NCBI GenBank assembly: GCA_038203695.1
Contig: JBBRDQ010000001.1
Location: 14,825 to 78,824 of the forward strand
DNA from: Chitinophagales bacterium
GTDB lineage: Bacteria; Bacteroidota; Bacteroidia; Chitinophagales; Saprospiraceae
Direction: 5' to 3'
Length of the DNA: 64,000 nt
The notes under the pieces are model-generated. The model was not told the origin of the DNA and did not search any database. It was given only the letters and a program-made list of their open reading frames with translations. The position numbers and the translations under genes were made by a program. The stretch's first letter is position 1, and every line of letters starts with the position of its first letter. This document shows positions 8,109 to 15,825 of this stretch, one piece after another.

Positions 8109-8648
8109 ATGCAGCAAAAACGTATCCAATTGACCCTTTTCGTCGACGAACAGGCATCGGTCACAATGGAAAGGGTGCGCCGGGAATTCAACCCCGCACA
8201 ATCTGCCCTGATTAAAAGCCACGTTACGTTGTGCCGGGAAGACGAACTGACGCCATTGGAAAACGTCATTTTAAATTTGCAACAACGGCACTTTGCGGCG
8301 ATCACCATCGACTTTGGGTCGGTGATTCGTTTTGCAGACGGGAAAGGTGTGCTGTTGCCGGCGATTGGCAATCAGGACGCATTCGCCGCCTTGCGGACAA
8401 GTATTCTACAGGGTATCGTTGAAAAGCCACGCCTGCAGGAGCCACATATTACGTTGATGCGCCCCAGAAATTCCACTTGCACAGACGATATCTTTTATCA
8501 AATCCAACAGCACATACTTCCCCAACAATTAACCTTCCGGAGCATTTGCCTGATCGAACAGGAACCCGGCAAGCGGTGGACTGTTGTGGCGGAGTTTCCG
8601 GCTCGCTTAGCTCCTGAAAAAAATACCAAATCCGGGTTTGAAAAATAA
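8109..8648 (+). CDS. 2H phosphoesterase superfamily protein (LigT / 2'-5' RNA ligase-like)
   Basis: It has two HxT motifs, SHVTLCRE and PHITLMRP, about 75 aa apart. The start was set at MQQKRIQLTLF (ATG 8109), 6 nt after the upstream stop. Confidence 0.6.
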   Translation: MQQKRIQLTLFVDEQASVTMERVRREFNPAQSALIKSHVTLCREDELTPLENVILNLQQRHFAAITIDFGSVIRFADGKGVLLPAIGNQDAFAALRTSILQGIVEKPRLQEPHITLMRPRNSTCTDDIFYQIQQHILPQQLTFRSICLIEQEPGKRWTVVAEFPARLAPEKNTKSGFEK

Positions 8649-8690
8649 TTCAACTTTGTGCATTCGATCATTTTCAAAACAAGAATCAAG

Positions 8691-9158
8691 ATGAACCGTA
8701 AACATTTCTTTACCCTCCCTTTTTTGCTGCTTTGCCTGTGTACAAATGCGCAGGAATTAAAACCCACCCTCACGTATGCAACCACCCAGAAAATACTCCA
8801 GGGCTGCATCGCTTATGCCGACAGTGCTAAACTTACCTTGTCGATCGCCCTGTACAACCGGGACGCCCAGTTGATAAGCTTTGCCAGAATGGACGGTGCA
8901 TCGCTTGGGTCCGCGAAAATAGCCCACTGGAAAGGGATATCGGCGGCTACGTATGGTGCTTCCACTGCCGAAACCGGCTCCTGGAACGTACCCAACGCGC
9001 CGGATATCGCCACTATTCCCGGCGGATTGCCCATTGTTTTGCCGGATGGCACAGTAATCGGTGGCCTCGGCGTATCGGGCGCGGCGGCTTCTGTCGATGT
9101 AACCTGTGCCGAAGCCGGTCTGAAAGCGGCCGGATTGTACCGCGCACCTAAGAAATAA
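8691..9158 (+). CDS. GlcG/HbpS-family (DUF336) heme-binding protein, secreted
   Basis: It has a signal peptide (MNRKHFFTLPFLLLCLCTNAQ) and GGLPIVLPDGTVIGGLGVSGAAASVDVTCAEAG, the DUF336 signature. Confidence 0.65.
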   Translation: MNRKHFFTLPFLLLCLCTNAQELKPTLTYATTQKILQGCIAYADSAKLTLSIALYNRDAQLISFARMDGASLGSAKIAHWKGISAATYGASTAETGSWNVPNAPDIATIPGGLPIVLPDGTVIGGLGVSGAAASVDVTCAEAGLKAAGLYRAPKK

Positions 9159-9236
9159 CAAACCGGTTAATTTTGACAGCTCCTGCGAAATTCTTGATCT
9201 TTCTGCACAAATTACAATGAACCTTTCACCGGCTGC

Positions 9237-9446
9237 GTGTTGCGGCCGCAGTTCCAAAGACAGGGGTTTATGACGCCGGCATTTCAACTGGCCATCGACT
9301 TCGGCTTACATACGATCGGGCTGAATCGCGTCTGGGCCGCTACTTCGCAAGGAAACGAGCGGGCTTTAAAGTTGCTCGACCGGCTGCACTTTGTAAAAGT
9401 GGCGGACCGCAAAGATGATACCGTCGAGTATGAACTGGGTATTTAA
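9237..9446 (+). pseudogene. C-terminal remnant of a RimJ/RimL-type GNAT acetyltransferase
   Basis: Only motif A onward is present (QRQGFMTPAFQLAIDFGLHTIGLNRVWAATSQGNERALKLLDRLHFVKV). The roughly 90 N-terminal residues of a normal GNAT are missing, and only 78 nt separate it from the upstream stop. Confidence 0.5.
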
Positions 9447-9469
9447 CAGCGCCTCAAACAATTGTAAAC

Positions 9470-10711
9470 ATGCAACCAGCCTTACTCCATACCATTCAGC
9501 AATACGTCGAGCAGGATTTTGCTGATCTCGACGGTATTTTTGAGGACTATTCCCGGCATCCCGAACTTTCCCTGCAGGAGTTCGAGACCAGCCAAAAACA
9601 GTCCGATCAATACAAAAAGGCCGGTTGCGACGCAGTCGAATTTTGTGCCGGCACCGGTGTAGTGGCAATTATCCAAAACGGCCCCGGTCCGATATTGCTT
9701 TTTCGCAATGACCACGACGCCCTGCCGATACAGGACGAAATAACCGGTAAATACGCCAGCACCCGGCCCGGCATTGCGCACAAATGCGGCCATAGTCTGG
9801 TGCCGGCCGTTTCGGTCGGGGTTGCCCGCAACCTGGTCCGGTTGAAAGCACACTGGCAGGGCACGGTGATGCTGGTGTCGCAATTGGGCGAAGAAGCCGC
9901 CGATGGCGCACGATTGATGTTGCAAGACGGATTATACACCCGTTTTCCCCGGCCCGACCTGGCGCTGGCCTTCCACTGTTCGCCGTACCATCCGGTCGGG
10001 CATTGCGCGTTTCGCCAGGGATATGCCTTCTCGACCACAGAAATGGGCCAAATTGTGGTAAAAGGCCAGGGCGGACACGGCGGTGTTCCGGAAAACGCCA
10101 TCGATCCGATCGTGCTGGCCTCCGCCATTGTACTGCGGTTGCAGACCATCGTCAGCCGGGAAATATCGCCACTTGAGCCGGCTGTGCTGTCGGTTTGTTC
10201 GATCGTCAGCAGCAGTCAGCATCCGGCGGTCATTCCAAGTGCGGTGGAATTAAAATTCACGATCCGCTGTTTTGGCAACCCCGTTTTCACTAAAATATGC
10301 GCTGCGCTGGAACGCATCTGCAACGCCGAAGCCGCCGCCAGCGGTGTCCCACCAGCGCTGTACCCGGAAATAACCTACCGGGGTGCCGTGACCGAGGCTG
10401 TTTATAATGACCCGGCGCTCACCAGCCGGGTCGAAGGCATTTTCCGCGAAATTATCGGTGAGGCATATATCCACGAAGCACCTTGTTATACTTTTGGCGA
10501 AGATTTTGGCCACTTGGGTTTGCAGGGGACCATTCCGCTGTCGCTGATCTGGCTGGGCAGCGTCGACCCGAAAAAATTCGATGCGGCGGGCAATGCCAAT
10601 GTGTTTCTGGAGCCATTGCACAGCCCGAAATTTATGCCCGAACCGGAGACTATTAAAACGGGCGTACTGGCGATGACGGGAGCGATTATCGAGATCCTAA
10701 GAAAGGGCTAA
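9470..10711 (+). CDS. M20-family amidohydrolase/peptidase (M20D-like)
   Basis: It is 413 aa with HKCGHS metal-binding and GQGGHGG motifs, the typical M20D layout. Confidence 0.65.
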   Translation: MQPALLHTIQQYVEQDFADLDGIFEDYSRHPELSLQEFETSQKQSDQYKKAGCDAVEFCAGTGVVAIIQNGPGPILLFRNDHDALPIQDEITGKYASTRPGIAHKCGHSLVPAVSVGVARNLVRLKAHWQGTVMLVSQLGEEAADGARLMLQDGLYTRFPRPDLALAFHCSPYHPVGHCAFRQGYAFSTTEMGQIVVKGQGGHGGVPENAIDPIVLASAIVLRLQTIVSREISPLEPAVLSVCSIVSSSQHPAVIPSAVELKFTIRCFGNPVFTKICAALERICNAEAAASGVPPALYPEITYRGAVTEAVYNDPALTSRVEGIFREIIGEAYIHEAPCYTFGEDFGHLGLQGTIPLSLIWLGSVDPKKFDAAGNANVFLEPLHSPKFMPEPETIKTGVLAMTGAIIEILRKG

Positions 10712-10716
10712 TTTTT

Positions 10717-10724
10717 TATCTTTG
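10717..10724 (+). promoter_or_regulatory. -7 box TAtcTTTG upstream of 10800
   Basis: It matches the consensus 76 nt upstream of the ATG. Confidence 0.35.
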
Positions 10725-10799
10725 CACGACGGTAAGTATTTTAACAAGTATAAGTCAGCCACTACAGGCACATTTCACATATTATAAATCTTCTTCTCT

Positions 10800-11336
10800 A
10801 TGTCCAACAAAAACATTCTGGTATGCCTGTTATGTCTCACAGGCGCGTATTCACTATCGGCTCAATCCGAATACGGGGAGTATGGCAAAAAATTAAGTAT
10901 TGGGTTTTCAATTTTCCAGGGTATTGGTGTACCAGTAAGGTACTACGCCGGTTCGCATGTACTGGAAGGCGGGGTGTATATGGGCGGAATCGTTTTTACC
11001 GCAGATGATGAGATCCAGGAGGTCCGGTTAGAGCCGATGGTCAGCGGTGGATACACGTTTTTTGGCGATCGTTTCCTCAAAGAAAAGAAAAAACGCAACA
11101 AAATCCGCGCAAACGGCATCTCTCTGCGGGCCAGCCAGATTTTAGGCGACTATTCGACCACCATTCCTTCGCTGGCCTGGGCACAGGAAACGTTCCGGCA
11201 GGGACGTACCAAACAATCCTTTCTCTTCGAACTCGGCCTCCGGTATGTAATTCCGCATTATACTTATCGGGGCCTGGAGGTAGAAAACCAAATCGGTTTG
11301 CATCTCAGGTGTCAATGGAACTTCTTTCTGAAGTAA
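10800..11336 (+). CDS. Hypothetical secreted / outer-membrane-like protein
   Basis: It has a signal peptide (LVCLLCLTGAYSLSAQ), an alternating beta-strand-like composition and an aromatic C-terminal region. Confidence 0.4.
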   Translation: MSNKNILVCLLCLTGAYSLSAQSEYGEYGKKLSIGFSIFQGIGVPVRYYAGSHVLEGGVYMGGIVFTADDEIQEVRLEPMVSGGYTFFGDRFLKEKKKRNKIRANGISLRASQILGDYSTTIPSLAWAQETFRQGRTKQSFLFELGLRYVIPHYTYRGLEVENQIGLHLRCQWNFFLK

Positions 11337-11360
11337 GGCCCGTTTGCGTCATTCTGCAAC

Positions 11361-11442
11361 AACCTATGCGAATATTGGGTTAGGATTAGGAAGTGGTTGA
11401 CAATCAGTTGCTTAGTGACGAAGTGACTTAAAGTCACCCCCC
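11361..11442 (-). repeat. Copy A of a ~70-80 bp intergenic repeat (GGGGTGACTTTAAGTCACCCC palindrome plus GTCACTAAGCAA..CCAATATTCG)
   Basis: By hand alignment its reverse complement is about 90% identical to 51077-51147. A partial inverted copy of its end (aacccaatattcacata) lies at 11474-11491. Confidence 0.6.
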
Positions 11443-11591
11443 GTCAATAGCCCTGGCAATCAAGCATTATCTTAACCCAATATTCACATAACCTATTATT
11501 TTTTAAACCCCGGTGTGCTGTTTGGTCGAAACCGGAATTCATGCACGCTCCTACCGACCAAAGCCAATCTTTGCCTAAATCAATAAAAAAC

Positions 11592-12053
11592 ATGCAACTA
11601 AAACTCGCAGTCATTGCCCTCGCTACCACGTTTGCCGCTTGCCAGCCACCTTCCAAAGACAAAGAACCCGGGCGCGCCACCTTGCCACTGCTCGGCACTT
11701 GGGAATTGATCTCGGCGACCTCCACGGAGCGCGACAGTACGGTCTCTACGTTCAATCCCAAGCAGAAAATGATCAAAATTATCAATCCCACCCACTTCGC
11801 TTTTTTTAGCCACGACCTCCGTGTCCCCCGGGATTCTACCGCTCCTTTTACGTCGGGCGGCGGTACGTATACGCTGAAAGACAGTGTGTACACGGAGCAC
11901 TTGGATTACTTTATACAGCCGGAGTGGGAAGGCAATACATTCGAATTCATAGTCACGATCAAAAACGATACACTGACGCAAAAAGGCATTGAAAAGGTAG
12001 AAAAACTGGGCATTGAGCATGTGATCGTGGAGCGCTATAAACGGGTGAAATAA
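11592..12053 (+). CDS. Lipoprotein, lipocalin-like (DUF4488-like)
   Basis: It has a signal peptide plus lipobox (ALATTFAAC) and GTWELISATS at the start of the mature domain. The start was moved to MQLKL (11592). Confidence 0.45.
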   Translation: MQLKLAVIALATTFAACQPPSKDKEPGRATLPLLGTWELISATSTERDSTVSTFNPKQKMIKIINPTHFAFFSHDLRVPRDSTAPFTSGGGTYTLKDSVYTEHLDYFIQPEWEGNTFEFIVTIKNDTLTQKGIEKVEKLGIEHVIVERYKRVK

Positions 12054-12060
12054 CCCGGTC

Positions 12061-12270
12061 TTACCGCATTTTAACCACCCGCGCAGCCGCCACCCGTCGG
12101 CCGGCCGAATCCGCAATTTCTAAAAAGTATACACCTTCCTCCAGGTTGTCGATTGACAGCGCTGATAGTTGTGCCGGCACATCAGGGAGCGTAGCGCGGA
12201 CGCTGCCGTGGGCGTCGAACAGCCGAAGGGTACACGGTTGGTCGGTTTTTTCAGTAAGCGTATAATACAA
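12061..12270 (-). pseudogene. Orphan T9SS type A C-terminal sorting domain fragment
   Basis: The 69 aa end in LSIDNLEEGVYFLEIADSAGRRVAAARVVKMR, a Por_Secre_tail-like pattern. No cargo domain or signal peptide lies upstream, and it abuts repeat copy B. Confidence 0.45.
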
Positions 12271-12283
12271 GACCTCCCGGGTC

Positions 12284-12344
12284 GGGGTGACTTTAAGTCA
12301 CCCCGGCACTAAGTAATTGATATTAATCACAACCCATTATTTGC
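12284..12344 (+). repeat. Copy B (shortened) of the GGGGTGACTTTAAGTCACCCC repeat family
   Basis: The sequence is ggggtgactttaagtcaccccggcactaagtaattgat...aacccattatttgc. It aligns with copy C but has an internal deletion of about 12 nt. Confidence 0.5.
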
Positions 12345-12349
12345 ATTGC

Positions 12350-13732
12350 TTACGCAAACAACCGGAAGATCCAGTACAACAACGCCGAACTGACAAACGT
12401 CACCGGCAGGGTGAGCAACCAGGCCAAGCCGATGCTTTTGATGGTTTTGCGGTCCAGGTTTTTGGTCCCGCCGGAAGCAACCATCGTGCCGGCAATACCC
12501 GAGGACAGGACGTGCGTAGTAGACACCGGCAATCCTACCAGCGTGCTTAAGCCGATGGTGGTACTGGCTACCAGTTCTGCCGAGGCACCCTGTGCATAGG
12601 TAAGGTGACTTTTACCGATCTTTTCGCCGATCGTCACCACGATCCGTTTCCAGCCGACCATGGTACCGATGCCTAAAGAAAAGGCGATCAAGGCTTTCAC
12701 CCACAGAGGCGCAAATTCATAACTCTCCTTCAGGCTGGCGATTTCTGCCTTGGCTACTTTCGCCGTTTCGCCGGTAATTGAATTATTATTGATCGCTGTC
12801 TGTAGGTCGCCGGAATAAACCTGGAGCATTTTACGCAGGTTCAGAATGTCCGCTTTTTGGCCGCTATTGCTTACAATATCGATCCCGGCCGTTACTTTGG
12901 CCGAAGAAGTGAGGATATCCTTTATGCGCGCATCCATGGCCGGTTCGGGTATGGTACGTACGGCCGTTTCTACTTGTGCCACACTGCTCTTCATGGCTTG
13001 GAGCGGCAGATTCGAATTAAGGGCGAACTGCATCGGCAGGAAGGAAATTAAAACGACCAGCATCAGGCCGACGCCTTTTTGACCGTCATTCGAGCCGTGG
13101 AAAAAACTGACCAGGGTACAAGTGACTACCAGCACGGCGCGGATCCATAGGGGCGGCGCTTTCTTTGCATCGGGTTCCTTAAAAATAACCTTGCTCTTGA
13201 TGGTGGACTTCAGGATGAACATCAGCAGTACCGCTAATCCAAAGCCTAAAAATGGTGACAATAGCAGCGAGAGAAAGATCTCCTGGGCTTTGTGCCAGTT
13301 CACGCCGGCACCGCCGTTGATAAACCAGAAGGCAAATCCGCCGCCCAGCAGCGATCCGGTGAGCGCATGCGAAGAGGAACAGGGAATGCCGACATACCAA
13401 GTCCCCAGATTCCAGATAATAGCCGCTAATAGAATGGCCATAACCAGTGCAATATTCTGCCCGAGGCTCATGGCCAGCAGGTCGTTGAGCGGCAGCATTT
13501 TGATCATGCCCATCGCTACGGCAATACCGCCGACCCATACGCCCAGGAAATTCCACAATCCCGACCACACGACAGCGACTTGGGGTTTGAGCGTTCTCGT
13601 ATAAATAACGGTCGCGACTGCATTGGCCGTGTCGTGAAAACCGTTGATCGTTTCATAGAAACAAACGGCTAAAATGCACAGAATGAGGAAAATAGAACTT
13701 GCGGTGTCTAAGCCGGAGATAAATCCTAACAT
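12350..13732 (-). CDS. Inorganic phosphate transporter, PiT (PHO4) family
   Basis: It has the duplicated PiT signatures NGFHDTANAVAT and FFHGSNDGQKG and is polytopic. Confidence 0.8.
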   Translation of the reverse strand: MLGFISGLDTASSIFLILCILAVCFYETINGFHDTANAVATVIYTRTLKPQVAVVWSGLWNFLGVWVGGIAVAMGMIKMLPLNDLLAMSLGQNIALVMAILLAAIIWNLGTWYVGIPCSSSHALTGSLLGGGFAFWFINGGAGVNWHKAQEIFLSLLLSPFLGFGLAVLLMFILKSTIKSKVIFKEPDAKKAPPLWIRAVLVVTCTLVSFFHGSNDGQKGVGLMLVVLISFLPMQFALNSNLPLQAMKSSVAQVETAVRTIPEPAMDARIKDILTSSAKVTAGIDIVSNSGQKADILNLRKMLQVYSGDLQTAINNNSITGETAKVAKAEIASLKESYEFAPLWVKALIAFSLGIGTMVGWKRIVVTIGEKIGKSHLTYAQGASAELVASTTIGLSTLVGLPVSTTHVLSSGIAGTMVASGGTKNLDRKTIKSIGLAWLLTLPVTFVSSALLYWIFRLFA

Positions 13733-13813
13733 GTCGTATAAAGAAGGTTAAAAAATCTTGCAAAAGTGCAGTAACTCCCTGTTACACCGCTCTTTGCCCG
13801 ATTTAAGTTAATG

Positions 13814-15679
13814 TTAATCATTGTCCAGTACGGGTAATAAAACGATTACCCGAGTACCCTGACGGGCGCCCTGGCTTTCTTCGCCCAGGTCGGTAATGAG
13901 CACATACGGCTCCACCGCCGGGCTTTTTTCCGTCTGATGCAGCAGATGCAGCCGTTCGCGGGTGATGTCCATCCCGCGCGAGCGATGTTTCTGATATGCC
14001 GCCTGGTCCGATTGTTTTTCCTTGCCTTTGTTGTAGCCCACGCCGTCGTCTTCGATGGTACAACGCAGTACGGCCCCCTCGTTTTCCAGGTTGAAATAAA
14101 TCTCCAGGCGTCCTTTCGCCAAGGGTCGCAGTCCGTGTTCGATGGCATTTTCGACAAACGGCTGCAGGATCATGGTCGGCATTTCCAGTTCGCGGGGTTT
14201 GATGTCGCGCGCCCAACTGATGTTGAATTTCAACTGATCCTGGAAGCGCAATTTGCGGTTGATCTCCAGGTAGCGTTCCAGGAATTCGACTTCCTGCTCC
14301 AGCGTCACTACTTCCATATCCGAGTAATCGAGCGTGTGGCGCATCATTTTGGCAAATTTGGCCAAATACGATTCCGCTTCGTCGTTGCGGTTGGATGTGA
14401 TCAAACCCTGAATGGCATTGAGCGCATTGAACAGAAAGTGGGGATTCATCTGCGACCGCAAGGCCCGCAATTGCAAACCCGCCATGCGCAAGCGGGCGAT
14501 CTGAGCCTCCTGTCGGCTGCGTTCGAGTTCGTGACCGGCCTCAATCTCCCGGCGTTCCCGGTCGCGGGTTTCCGCAAAATATTCGCGGTGCTGGGTCGTG
14601 GCCCGGGTCTGCCACTTGTATGCCGCAGCGTAGTCGTTCTGCTCGGCTTTGAGCGCGGCCATATTCTGGCTCACCTGCCCGAGATGGTGTTTATCGTGCC
14701 CTTTTTCACCCACTTCCCAGGCTTGTTGCAGGTGTTTTTCCGCGTTGGCCAGGTCGTCGAGTTCGATGTAAAGACCGGCGCGCCAGTTTTCTATTTTGGA
14801 TAAATTGGTGAAATCGGCGGTCTTGACCGGATGTTCGTAATGCGCGGCCGCCTGACTGAACAAATCGAACGCGCTTTCGGCATCGCTGTCCAGGAAAGCC
14901 AGGATGCCCAGATTGCTGAGCGCCAGGGTTTGCGCTTCGATATCACCGCCGGCGGCGTATTGCACGGCATTTCCAAAAAATATCCGGGCTTGATCGGTAT
15001 TGTCGAGCGCCAGTTCGGCGCGCCCGGCATTGAGATAATGCCAGGCCACCCGCGGCCGCAGTCCGTGTTGTTCTACAATCGGCAATACGCGGCGATAGGC
15101 CTCCAGGCTCTGGTCCTTTTCGCCCAGTTTTTCGTACAGATCACCCAGTCCGTTGGCGACCAGGGTCTGGATGTAAAAATCCTTGAGCGGCGACTTGTCA
15201 TCCAAACCGAGTAAATCTTTTTCGGCGGTCATCAGTGCATCGAGGGCCTGGCGATGGTTGCCCAGATGCAAATGTAAAAAACCTTCCCGGCAGGATACGT
15301 GTGCCCGCAATGCCTCGGCTGATTCGTCATTGAGGTATTCCCGCGCCGTATCGAGGCTGTCCTGGACGGCCGACCAGTCGCCGAGATTGAGTTGAATGGC
15401 GGCCAAATCGGCCCAGGTTTCCACCAGAACCGGCGTGTCCGACAGTTCTTCCAGAATCTCGATCGCCTGATGGGCGTGCTCCAGCGCCAGGGTGTAATGT
15501 TGCCACTGGTTGTGTAAAAATGCCCCGTACCGATAATACGCCAGCCGCACGTCGAATGGCGTGTCGGGCGTAACGACTTCCGACAGTTCGCGCAAAGCAA
15601 TGCGCGCTTGTTCAAAATCGGTAAAAGCCCAGATCGCCAGTTGGGCGGCGAGGGAAGACTGGTACGTGGGTTTTTGCAC
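13814..15679 (-). CDS. Cytoplasmic TPR-repeat sensor histidine kinase, LytS/YehU type
   Basis: The N-terminal ~370 aa are TPR-like helices, followed by a coiled coil. It carries the LRSQMNPHFLFNALN H-box (His_kinase family), FVENAIEHG and DDGVGY ATPase boxes. No TM helix is seen. Confidence 0.7.
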   Translation of the reverse strand: MQKPTYQSSLAAQLAIWAFTDFEQARIALRELSEVVTPDTPFDVRLAYYRYGAFLHNQWQHYTLALEHAHQAIEILEELSDTPVLVETWADLAAIQLNLGDWSAVQDSLDTAREYLNDESAEALRAHVSCREGFLHLHLGNHRQALDALMTAEKDLLGLDDKSPLKDFYIQTLVANGLGDLYEKLGEKDQSLEAYRRVLPIVEQHGLRPRVAWHYLNAGRAELALDNTDQARIFFGNAVQYAAGGDIEAQTLALSNLGILAFLDSDAESAFDLFSQAAAHYEHPVKTADFTNLSKIENWRAGLYIELDDLANAEKHLQQAWEVGEKGHDKHHLGQVSQNMAALKAEQNDYAAAYKWQTRATTQHREYFAETRDRERREIEAGHELERSRQEAQIARLRMAGLQLRALRSQMNPHFLFNALNAIQGLITSNRNDEAESYLAKFAKMMRHTLDYSDMEVVTLEQEVEFLERYLEINRKLRFQDQLKFNISWARDIKPRELEMPTMILQPFVENAIEHGLRPLAKGRLEIYFNLENEGAVLRCTIEDDGVGYNKGKEKQSDQAAYQKHRSRGMDITRERLHLLHQTEKSPAVEPYVLITDLGEESQGARQGTRVIVLLPVLDND

Positions 15680-15825
15680 TGGCTAATTTTAGTTTTTTTG
15701 ATTTTGAGGCGTAATCTGCAATCGGACCTCCATGCGGACCGGCTCACAAAGCACGGTAAAATAGCCCATTCTTTTCCTAAAAAAAGTACTTTTACCCAAA
15801 AATCCGTCACTACAATTTCCTATAC

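Noticed and set aside
11444-11893. 149-aa minus-strand ORF overlapping repeat copy A and the lipoprotein gene.
   Set aside because: It is antisense to a lipoprotein ORF with a good signal peptide and lipobox. It starts inside the repeat element and has no motif.
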